A DNA stretch of 64,000 nt, taken from positions 12,684,644 to 12,748,643 of the forward strand of contig CM120643.1 of assembly GCA_051362555.1 (NCBI GenBank), read 5' to 3'. The notes under the pieces are model-generated. The model was not told the DNA's origin and ran no database searches. It saw only the letters and a list, made by a program, of their open reading frames with translations. Source of the stretch: Lingula anatina. Lineage: Eukaryota > Animalia > Brachiopoda. Both the position numbers and the translations under genes were made by a program. Shown piece by piece: positions 50,933-62,900 of the stretch. Within the stretch, counting starts at the first letter, position 1. Each line of letters begins with the position of its first letter.

Positions 50933-53900
50933 TTTTAGCTTTTGGTTTTATAACCTAACCATAATGGTGAGAAGGGAAATGTGGGATGTATTGCACCAGA
51001 CCAGTCTTACCGAGGCATCTTTAAAAAATGACACTATAAGTAGTATAAATCAAGTAGTCAAAATTGATATTTCTTTAATTTCTCTCAGATACTGATAAAT
51101 TTTTGACAGTCTCTCTTCATGTTTGTCACTCTTCATTTCCTAGGTGCTGTTGAGAAGCAGAAGTTAGTGTACATATTAAACAGAGATGCCCAAGCCAGGC
51201 TAACGATATCATCTCCTCTGGAAGCCCACAAGTCTAACACATTGGTCTACCATATGGTAGGGGTGGACGTGGGCTTTGAGAACCCCATGTTTGCTTGTCT
51301 GGAGATAGACTATGAGGTAAGAGGTATTTTAGATTAATAAAACTGATGGTCTGACTGAAAAATAATGGAAGCTTTATTCCAAGAGCCATTAGGCATGGCT
51401 ACTATGATGTTTTTTTTGTGGAGTTAAAGTGATAATAACTCTTCGTTTCGGCCAAAAAATGAATTTTCTTGGAGTAAACAACAATTTTCCCATACTTACC
51501 AATGGTTAATGAATCTATTTTTACATTCAAAGTTAGTCCCTGGTTTTTTCTGAAAAGTTTGGTTTTTTGTTAAAATCTCTTAAGAGATTTTAACAGAGTA
51601 TAGCCATCAATGGAGGTCACGTGGTCTAAAGATATCAGAATAATAGCTATAACAGCCGTTTTTGTGGGAAAACAGAATATATTATATTTTTATAAGTCAT
51701 TCACAATGTTTTTATTGTGAAATACAGATTTCATACGAAGAGTTATTATCCCTTTAAGACTTAAAGTAAATATACTATTATTGTAATTTAATGGCAGGAA
51801 CTGCAGTGCTGGTGAGGTGAAGGCTATAAGGTTGTAAGTGTAGGTGGATTGTAAGTGTATAAAGTGTAGAAAAAGTGTTCGTTTCTATCATCTTTACATT
51901 GGTGAATAATTTGTCATATACCTAGATAGACAAAAAAATAAAATAGAGTAAATGGAAATGTACATTATTTTGTATCAGCTGATAATTTGTTTTTCTTGCC
52001 AGGAATCGGACAATGACCCCACAGGGGAGGCAGGCCAGAAAACCCAACAGCTGCTGACATACTACGAGTTGGACCTGGGTTTGAACCATGTGGTCAGAAA
52101 ATACTCCGAGCAGTTAGAGGAGCATGCTAACTTCTTAGTAACAGGTGACTCTTAGTTATGTTTTGGTTCAGTTCTGTCTTATCATAATGTAGCAGTATTT
52201 TTATTGATAAATATTAGTCTATTGATGAGAGGCTCGGCCACAAGTATTAAATGGCAGTTGGGAGGACATTTTATTAATACATTCGACCCAGAAAGTTGGA
52301 AACAATCTTTTTAAATAATTAAAAAACTATGTAATGTAGTGGGAAAATCTTCAATATACATAAAAAGCGACAGATGGTTGGTGCCATCAGTGTTTGATTA
52401 AAATAATTACCTTAGCTCTATCAATATTTGGTTAAAATAGTTACCTCAGCTCATATGGTTATTTTATAATTATTCAAAATAACGATGTTTCCGAAATCTT
52501 TTGGTCGAGTGTATGTGCAACATGACAGCTTTATTGACATTAATGTGATTTTGTCCTGGTTCTTCCAGTCCCTGGAGGCACAGAGGGTCCCAGTGGAGTG
52601 TTGATCTGCTCAGAAAACTATATCACATACAAGAACTTTGGTGACCAGATGGACATCAGGTGCCCCATTCCCAGGAGGAGGGTAAGCAGATGGCCAGTCT
52701 GTTTCCTATGTTCATAACGCATATAAAGAGCATGCTTTTTTTACTCAAGCATTTACAAGGTCTGAGAGAGAAATCACAAATTCACACTTGTACACAGTTG
52801 TGTTGCATGATTTAGAGTGTTGTCTAGATGAAGCTAGTGAATGTAAAATCTTCCTAATGAAACGTCTTTTACATTGTATCAGTAACTTACTTTATCAGAC
52901 ATGGAAAACATACTTTTAGAAAACAGCTCATCCTCACCACTATGTTCCAGAATGACCTTGACGACCCAGAGCGAGGGATGATATTTGTATGCAGTGCCAC
53001 ACACAAGACAAAGACCATGTTCTTCTTCCTAGCACAGACAGAACAGGGGGACATCTTCAAGATAACACTGGAGACAGATGAGGACATGGTGGGTGCATAT
53101 ATATCTATGGCTGTGTGGTTTGATAGAAACTTGATGACAGCGTTCAGCGTGGTGTGGTATTTTATCTTAAAGGAGTCATTCACACCTAGAATCTTGCCAT
53201 AGTTGTATAGAGTAGGTTGTGTTTAAATTTCATGTTCTGTGATTGCATATTTGATGTGTTAAGAGAAGGAACACATAACCCTTATGTAGGACGTCCTACA
53301 GGAAATTTTTTTGTAAGGAGAAGTACAGGTTTCGATGTAATTATTCCAGTTAAAGTTACCAAAGTTACAAACTTTAAGTGTCTTATTGGCAATGAAGTGG
53401 TTTACCGATATAAATTATCTTAACTCAAAGCATAAGAAAATAGCAGTCCATTCTGTTTTATTGAACAGGTTCTGAAATGATGTTTCAAACAAAGTAAACG
53501 TCCTGATATTCAGTGACTGACAAACTTCACCTGATCAGAATATACACTTTGGAATACAAAACTTCTTAGGAGTTCGTAGTATGGTAATGGATTTTTGATT
53601 AATTTCAGGTGACAGAAATCAAATTGAAATATTTCGACACAGTTCCTGTTGCCACGGCAATGAGTGTTCTTAAGACGGGATTCCTCTATGTTGCCACAGA
53701 GTTTGGAAACCAGTGAGTATTATTTCATTGTTTTGAAAAATTTTATCAGTAGTTTACTTTCATTATTCTGTCAGGACTGTACACAGGAAGTCGGCTGTTT
53801 TGTGTGGCCTGAAAGCAATACTGATTTTACTATGTTTACAATAATATTAATTTTATCAAATCTCTTTATAGAAATATTTGTTAACTTATACATAGATATT

Positions 53901-56900
53901 CTCATGCAAGTACCAGCAGAGCAGGAGATCTCACTGTATTCCTGAACTTCCTAGAGACTTGCTAGAGAAATGAAACCAGAGTAGTTTGAGACACTGCTGC
54001 CATCTATATGCAGTTTGTGTTATAGGAATCTCTGACATTTTTGTACTTATTTCTTTGATTTTGAATAAGCTTTAAAAATTTGATACACCTGAAGGTTTTA
54101 CACTATCATAGACATATTTAATTTTTTTTTTTTAATTTTTAAGTATGTATATTATCTTAAAATTTATACTAGTTATTATTATGTTATCAATTAATCAAAT
54201 TTGAGCACATTGTATGTGTTGTTATTTCAGTTACCTGTATCAGATAGCTCACCTGGGAGACGACGACGAGGAGCCAGAGTTCAGCAGTGCAATGCCACTA
54301 GAGGAAGGAGACACATTCTTCTTTGCCCCCAGACCTCTCAAGAACTTGGTCCTGGTGGATGAAATGGACAGCTTGTCTCCTATTATGAACTGTCAGGTAA
54401 GTGAATGGGTGCAGGTGGGAAAAAAGGATACCACTTTCTGATAAAAAATGTCTTGTTTTAGCCAAATTGTCATTAAACAAATGAAGCTTTGTTTTCAATA
54501 GCTTCAGTAAAAGTGAGATTCACCAATCAATATTTTGTCCAGCAAAACAACTAGCTAATGATATTGTTCAACAAATTGTTATTGTCTAGTCCTACACTTT
54601 TGGGTCAGATAAAAGGTTTAGCAATCCAGCTAATTTGGGTATTTGGTACTTACCTAGTATAAAACTATAAAACTGGCTGTGGAATTTGTTTCACAGTCTG
54701 CACAATTTTTGAGTCAGCTCTTCATAAAGAACATATCTCAGATTCCTCACTACCGGGCTGAGGCACAGTTCTGATTTCCAACATGACCTAACAGTATGGT
54801 TCTGTGTTCTCAGATAGCTGACCTGGCCAATGAGGACACACCCCAGCTGTACACACTGTGTGGCAGAGGACCCAGGTCCACACTCAGGGTACTCAGGCAT
54901 GGTCTGGAGGTAGGTGGGGAACACACTGGTTTATGGATCCTTCTGGTATCATATAGGCACTTTGTTGCCTGTAACAGTGAAATAAGAATTCTGCATGTGT
55001 TTGACATTGTTTTGGGGACCCTCCTACTTTTGTAAACACTTTTTTAACATGAGAGAGTTCAATTAGGAGTGCTACATATGTAAATGAGAATTCATGTCAT
55101 GTATTGACTCTGAGAATAAAAATGTGACCCTGTATTTGACTTTTGACCTACTCTCAACCATGAAAGGCACTTTTCATTAACCCAATATATGTCTGATGAA
55201 TTTGATATTTTTGCCATTGGCAATATTGTGTAAAAGAAGGAGACTCTTTCTTGTTTTCTCCTCAATAAATTACAGCTCGATAATTCATCGTGTTGTCATG
55301 TTTTAGGTATCAGAGATGGCCGTATCAGAACTTCCTGGTAACCCCAATGCTGTGTGGACAGTGAAGAGGAATGTAGAAGGTAAGATCCGTGGTTTTATAT
55401 GGTGAAGTAGCTGGCAATGCACACTGGGTTCTACACACTATATCAAGGGAGACATCATTTAATGATAGCCAAATGTTTACTATCAGTTTTGATGAAAGAT
55501 CTTTGAAGGATAAAAAATTAAATTATGTCATCTGGTTTGAATTCAAATCAAAAAGAAGTGGAAAGAGGTCTGCAGGTTGAAATTGACCAGCACCATATCC
55601 TGATGCTTATTGTGGTATTTTCTGGAAAGTAAAAAAAGTGACTTTAGAAATTGGTGTGCATTGCTAAAGTAACTTCTGAACATTTCTTTTAGTTCAACCA
55701 TCTTGAATGAAAACAAAACTTTTTTGAGAGCAGTCTTTGGTGTGGTCTGAAAACTCAAATAGCTGTAAGCTTAGAGGATGCAGAACTCTAAATTGAGAAG
55801 CAATACATGGATATGGATATACAGTTTGGAATATAAGTGTGGTAATATAACAATGAAAGTTTGCAGTAACTTTCTGGTTTCTTGAATGGCAGGTGACAGT
55901 CAGAGAATGCAGTCCTGAAAAGATTTTGTTCCAGATGCAAAATGTTTCACCAATTAATCTCAGCAGTGTTTCATTTGTTTCAGGAGAAAAAGAAACTTTT
56001 GTGGTATTTTGTTTTAGGGTATTATGATTTGGTGAGGAATAAAAAGTAAAAATATGACGCTTATATATTCTTGTGACTAATTAAAAGTTGAGGTAGAAGT
56101 AAGTCTTTTTTTTTTTTTTTTTTTTGCGTGTTAGGCTAAAAACCAACATAGAATCAGAATTGTCTAAATGGCATAGAAGTATGTCATACTTTTTTTTCAG
56201 TGTTCTTATTTATTATTTACATCAGAGCGTTTGTTTGACGACTTACGCAAAAAGAGAAACCAAGACAACAATCAATCAATTTCACAATAGAATCCTTACT
56301 AATGGTCAAGGCTGGTCAATTGGTCACTCACCAAAGCCAAGCCTACTTTTCTTTCCAGATCTGGTGACTGTTGATGCTGCTGAGTTGCCATAGCGATGGT
56401 TCTGACTAGCACCCTGAGGTAAAGGTCAAGGACATTGGGGTCAAGGCCATTTCTACAATTGCTGAATGGGAAGCATCCATTAGCCAAGCAGAATTTATAA
56501 AACTTCAGTGCTTAGAGGATGTCAAATTTATTTTTTAAAACTGGCCATTGTGTAATATTTATACAAAAAAGTAATAGTAGATAACATACAGCAAAAATTG
56601 TAGCTAGGAATGGCTTTCTAATCTGTGACTATTTTCTTTGCATTTTTTTTTCTCATTTGAAAGATAAGATGGTTATTGAGCACAAGTGATACTAATGTGA
56701 CCGTTATCTTACTATCATTTCAGAGGAATACGATGCCTATATCATTGTGTCCTTCGTCAACGCCACCCTTGTGTTGTCTATTGGAGAGACGGTTGAAGAA
56801 GTGACGGACTCTGGCTTCCTGGGAACCACACCCACTTTGTCTTGTTCTCAACTTGGTGACGAGGCCCTAGTACAGGTATGGTGGGGACTGAAAAGAGATA

Positions 56901-59900
56901 AGGGTGTGATATTGACTGATAGGTCCTGGAGTCTCTGAAATCATGTTAAATGATTTCAGAAATGTGTTATGATAGTAGAAGATGGTCTATTCAGAAGAGA
57001 GAGTTAAACTTAAAATTACATTATTATAACATTACCAAAGACAAAATTTGTAGCTCTTTTAACGTGTGTTTTGAGAATAGTTTGTGGTGCTTTTGATGAG
57101 AATGCCTTGTTCAGTAAGTTTTAGTTTGCGGATGATTATTTGTTTTTGTTAGCTATATTCTCATACATGGCTGTCATTTCTGTATGCTAGATCTACCCTG
57201 ATGGTATTCGTCACATTCGGTCAGACAAGCGTGTGAACGAGTGGAAGACACCTGGCAAGAAAACGATCGTGAAGTCAGCTGTGAACCAAAGACAAGTCGT
57301 TATTGCTTTAACAGGAGGAGAGCTGGTCTATTTTGAGATGGACCCCGTAAGTTTGTTAATGATAATTGATTTAGCCTGTCTACTGTAACATATTTCTCAA
57401 GAAAGTCTCATGTAAAATATAAAAAATACTGAATTTTCATTGTGGGGCAAAAGTATGTTGTATTGCTTATTTGAAACTTAAATGTTTGAATTTCAAAAAA
57501 TAATTTTACCATTTTGATCTTATCAGACTGGTCAGCTCAACGAGTACACAGAGCGTAAGGAGATGTCGGCAGACGTGATCTGCATGGCTCTTGGCAGAGT
57601 GCCAATGGGAGAGCAGAGGTCCAGGTTCCTGGCCGTTGGGCTAGCAGACAACACTGTCAGGATCATTTCCTTAGACCCTTCTGTAAGTTTTGGAACAAAA
57701 TGTAATATTTTTAAAGTGATGGGGTTGAAATTGTGGTTAAATACTCAATGAAACATACTTTGATGAATTTTTCTTTGCTTTTTCCCCATATTGCTCTAAG
57801 TTGATCTCTTCATTTTCTTTTATGAGGAAGAGTTTTACTAAAATATATCTGCCCAATTGAGATTCATACCTTTATAGAAACCTTTTAGTTTATTATAATC
57901 CAAATTCTCTTTGCTAGAAAAATGCTGTTGTGGACTTCAAAGTTTTAAGTATTTAGTTACTCCCATAGTTTTGGACATGATGTGATTATTATCCGTGTTT
58001 CACATGAATTCTTTGATTATAATTTAATTTAACTGATCCAAAACTGAGTGTGTTCAAAAGAAGCTTTTTAGATATCTAACAAATTAACTTGTCTTTCTTT
58101 TATTTATTTTTCCTCGGTCAATTGTTCATTCCAGGACTGCCTGTCCCCTCTCAGTATGCAAGCTCTGCCCGCTGCCCCAGAGTCCCTGTGTATTGTGGAG
58201 ATGGGAGGTATTGAAGCCAAGGAAGGGGAAGGGGGCACACTGGGGACCATGTACCTGAATATTGGACTGCAGGTGAGCTGGTATGGGTATTCACTGTGTG
58301 ACACCTGTTGTTTGTGTTTCAAGAACCTGTTTACTTGAATTTTAAATGATCGAAGTTCAATTCTTATGGAAAAAAATTAACTTGGGCACAGCAAACATTT
58401 TTGTGGCAAGAAAAGTAATTATCACTTCTTTGATTTATTGAAAATCATTCACAAAGAGCACCCAGGAATATGTTATACAGTATGGTGATAAATATGAAAA
58501 ATTAATAAATGTATAATAATAATAAAATGAAGAGAGATTTTTTTTAAAAAAGCGACTGCCTGTATAATATCGACTGCATAAAAAATAAAAAAGGACGCTG
58601 TCACCAAATGTCACCCCAGGTTATGGTCAGCTGTGTTTGTCTTTTAGAATGGAGTCCTGCTGCGTACGGTGCTGGACACAGTGACGGGAGACCTGACGGA
58701 CACCAGGACCAGGTACCTGGGCTCGAGGGCTGTCAAACTCTTCAGGATCACAATGCAGGGAAATGAAGCCGTAAGTTTACAGTCTCTTGTATATATATTT
58801 ATAAAAAATTCAATGCATTTTGAATTATGGAAATTGGGAGCATGATTCATTTCTGTTTGAAGACTTGGGTAAAACTGAATTTAGTAGAGGTATGTTGTTC
58901 ATTCGTATCTGCTGTTCATTACCTAAACAATAAAGCTAAAGGGAATTTAATGTTATTGGCTAAAGTAACAGTAAAGGCCAACAGATGTCATGGAACTGTT
59001 TTAGAGATGATGCTACTATATCCGTGTTTCACATGACTTCTTGTGATTATACCTTGATTGACTGATCGTAAACAGTTCAAGTTTTCTGGATTTATGCTTG
59101 CATACATATTTTGTCAATGGTTTTAAATTATTTGCTGTACTTACAGGTTCTGGCTATGTCAAGCAGATCTTGGTTGAGTTATTTCTACCAGAACCGTTTC
59201 CACCTGACTCCACTGTCCTATGAGTCTTTGGAGTACGCCTCGGGGTTCTCTAGTGAGCAGTGCCCTGAGGGTATCGTCGCCATCTCAACTAACACACTGA
59301 GGTAAGGACAGCAAATTAGAACAGTTTTAGAGCTGCTTATACAATAATTCCCCTTCTTGACTAAGCTGGCAGCTGTTTCTCTCTTTTCTTCTTACTTTCT
59401 TTTTCTTTCTTATCCTAACAGTTAGTCAATCCTTTACTATTTCAGAAACAGAGAAGAGTTTGAAATCATCCATTTGAGTTAAATTCTCTAAAATGAGTTT
59501 TACAACTAGCATTTATAATGATAAATTTTATTGCTAATTATGTGTACTATTCCTTACAGGATTTTAGCCCTTGAAAAGCTAGGTGCTGTGTTCAATCAGG
59601 TGTCCACCCCACTCCAGTACACGCCCAGGAAGTTTGTCATCCATCCAGAGTCCAGTAATCTGGTTACCATAGAGACTGACCACAACGCCTACACGGAGGA
59701 GACCAAGCAGCAGAGGAAGGAACAGATGGCTGAGGTACAGTGTGATAGGAAAATGTCTTGGAGGTTTTGATAGGATAATGTCTCAGAGGTTCTGATAGGA
59801 GAATGTTGCTGAGGTTTTGATAGGCGAATACGTCAGAGGTTTTGATAGGAGAATATCTTAAAGAACTGGAAAATTACTTAAAGGGTTCTGATATGAATAT

Positions 59901-62900
59901 GTCATATTAACTACTATTTCAAAATTTTTTAAATATAAGGTATGTTAGGAACACGTCTACAGCTAGATAAGTATACTACATATAGAGTAACATTATATTT
60001 CTTGTTCAGGAAATGGTGGAGGCAGCAGGAGAGGAGGAACAAGAATTGGCTGCTGAAATGGCTGCTGCTTTCCTAAATGAGAACCTTCCAGAGAACATAT
60101 TTGGTGCCCCCAAGGCTGGCAGTGGCATGTGGGCATCGGTCATTAGGGTCATCAGTCCCATAAGTGGTCAAACTCTGGACAAGATAGCACTTGAACAGAA
60201 TGAGGCGGCATTCAGGTGACTTGAGATGAATTGGGATGTTTTTAAAAACATTAACTTTTTGTTTTCAACTCAAAAAAAAAAATGAAGATTAGTTTACTTT
60301 GTTCCTTCAGGTAAATTTTTTTCTCTGCTTTAAAACTTACTACTGTAACATCAGTAGATATAACCAAACCAGTTTTTGAGCATTTTTATCACCGGGACCC
60401 TAGCTTTAAGGTCAAGGGAATGCAAAGAGATTTTTACAAAAAGTTAACCTTGTTCTCAAGCTGATGTATGTTTCATTTTCATTGAATTGATCATTCAATT
60501 TTCTGTTACCACTGGATAATTTTTATATATTCCCCTTTTTTTCCAGCATATCCTTAGTGAAATTCGCCTGCAGACCAGACGAACAGTTTATCCTAGTGGG
60601 TACAGTGAAAGATCTGACTTTGAACCCTCGCTCGTGTTCTGGGGGCTTCGTCCATGTGTATAAGATATTGCCCACTGGGGACAAGTTGGAATTTTTACAT
60701 AAAACTCCGATGGATGAGATGCCGTCTGCCATTACGCCATTCCAGGGAAGAGTTCTGATAGGCGTAGGGAGGTTGCTGAGGATTTATGATCTGGGCAAGA
60801 AGAAGTTGCTGAGAAAGTGTGAGAACAAGGTAGAAATTTGTTTCAAAACAGTGAAAGATTTTTTAGATATCAGAATATCGCAACCATATTTTTTTTTTTT
60901 TTGAAGATGGTAAATGAAGACTGCCAGAAATGTCATTTTATTCATGATGTAAATTAATGCAATAGTTGATATTCTATATTTTCGACAACTGTTTTAAAGT
61001 GTACATTTTTGGACATTCCATCCTTTTCTTTTTGATGAGATCTACTAAATCTGTGAAGTTTAAGTCTCTTCCCCAAAATGAGAAAAAAATCTAGTTGGTT
61101 TTACAATTGACATATTGCTGTAGCACGTTATGTTATGTATTTGATATTTGATTGTTGTTTTCAGCACATTCCAAACTTTATTGTTGGTATTTACGTGACC
61201 GGCTCAAGAATAGTAGTGGCAGATATTCAGGAAAGTTTCCATTTTATTCGGTACAAGAGACAGGAAAATCAGTTAATAGTCTTTGCAGACGACACCAATC
61301 CACGCTGGATCACTGCTGCCACCATGTTGGATTACAGCACAATGGCAGGGGCCGATAAATTTGGAAATATAGCTGTGGTGAGAATTTTATTTCTTTTCAT
61401 GCAATTTCTTAAATACTCTTAATATTCTCTTTTTTGTAATTTTTTTAATGTATAAATGTTTGTTCCTTTTTTATTTTTTTTTTATAAATGGCACTTATCA
61501 GTCATTACATTTGATGGTTATAAAGGGTCCGATCATCTTGTTTCTTATTTGCTTATGTATTTAATGTATTGATTTATGATCTGAGAACGTATATTATATT
61601 GTGACTTTGGGGTGATATCTCTATTTTAATGCCTCACAGGTAAGACTATCTCCCGAGGTCAGCGATGATGTAGATGAAGACCCCACAGGAAACAAGGCAT
61701 TATGGGATAGGGGTGTGCTGAACGGAGCATCTCAGAAGTCTGACATCGTTTGCAATTTCCATATTGGCGAGGTGGTGACATCGCTGCAGAAAGCCACCCT
61801 AATCCCTGGGGGGTCGGAGTCCCTGGTTTATACCACCCTCTCAGGAGCTATAGGGATGTTGGTGCCATTCACCTCTCATGAGGTAAGTTTTTTTTTTCCA
61901 AATTCCTTTTTAAATAGTTGTTTACTTTAGAGGCAGTAACATAATGCTTGAAAAGTTTGTTTTTGTTTCTTTTTTTTCTTTCTTTTGTTCTATATCGTAG
62001 AGATGTATACTTCAGACAGTAGCATGATACCTAAAATTTTGTTCCTTTCTGTGTTAAGAAGTTGTCTACTTCAGAACTTAGCACAATATCTAAAAAATTA
62101 ATTCGTGACACAAATTTCGAAAATTAATTTTAACCATGTTACCTTTATGTATTAAAGACTAATGTTAACTTTCTTAACGTATAATATTTAAAAAATTCTG
62201 TACCAAATGAAATTCTATTTTTTCTCTCTCTCCAGGACCATGATTTTTTCCAACATTTAGAAATGCACATGAGGGCGGAGATGCCCCCTCTATGTGGCAG
62301 AGATCACCTGGCCTACAGGTCTTATTACTACCCAGTCAAGGTAAGAAATTGTGACAGCAGTGAAATATTCAGTGTATAATGTCATAAATATGTATGTATG
62401 CATGTTTGTATGTATGCCAGGATCTTTAAGGACGTGAATAAAAGGTGGCCACAGATTTCCAATGTTGCAGCGCTTTAAAACACACTGCAGAATGGTAGGA
62501 CATGTGGCAGCTTTACATGTGTGTATAAAAAGCCAAAAAAAAAAGATTCTGAAAATCCCAGTAACTTTCATGTTATGATATACCAAGCAGCAGAGAGAAA
62601 ACTCTTTATAAAAAAATAAATAAGAAACCTAGAACAGTATCTGTGCTTGACTAGAGAATGCATAAAATGAATAGATATTATAAAGTAATTGGATGTGTGG
62701 GATGAAGAAAGTAGAAAGTGAAGATAGGACTGAACTGAAGGACAGATAACCAGGAGAGCTATGACAGGCTTGATTAGAGGGAACTCCTTCTATTGAAAAG
62801 TGATTATAGAGGGCACTTGTTTTATTGAGAAGTGATAAAAGGGCATTTGTTCTATTGAGAAATGATGGTGGTGTATCATTGTGCCTAGAGGTAATTATTA

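Noticed and set aside
55585-55685. Hairpin-AAAGTA-hairpin-ACATTT in an SF3B3 intron (possible H/ACA)
   Set aside because: Hairpins lack proper pseudouridylation pockets and no target found.
62421-62494. Possible second SF3B3 poison exon (ccag|GATCTTTAA...ATG|gtagga)
   Set aside because: Weak pyrimidine tract and weak donor; cannot be supported without reads.
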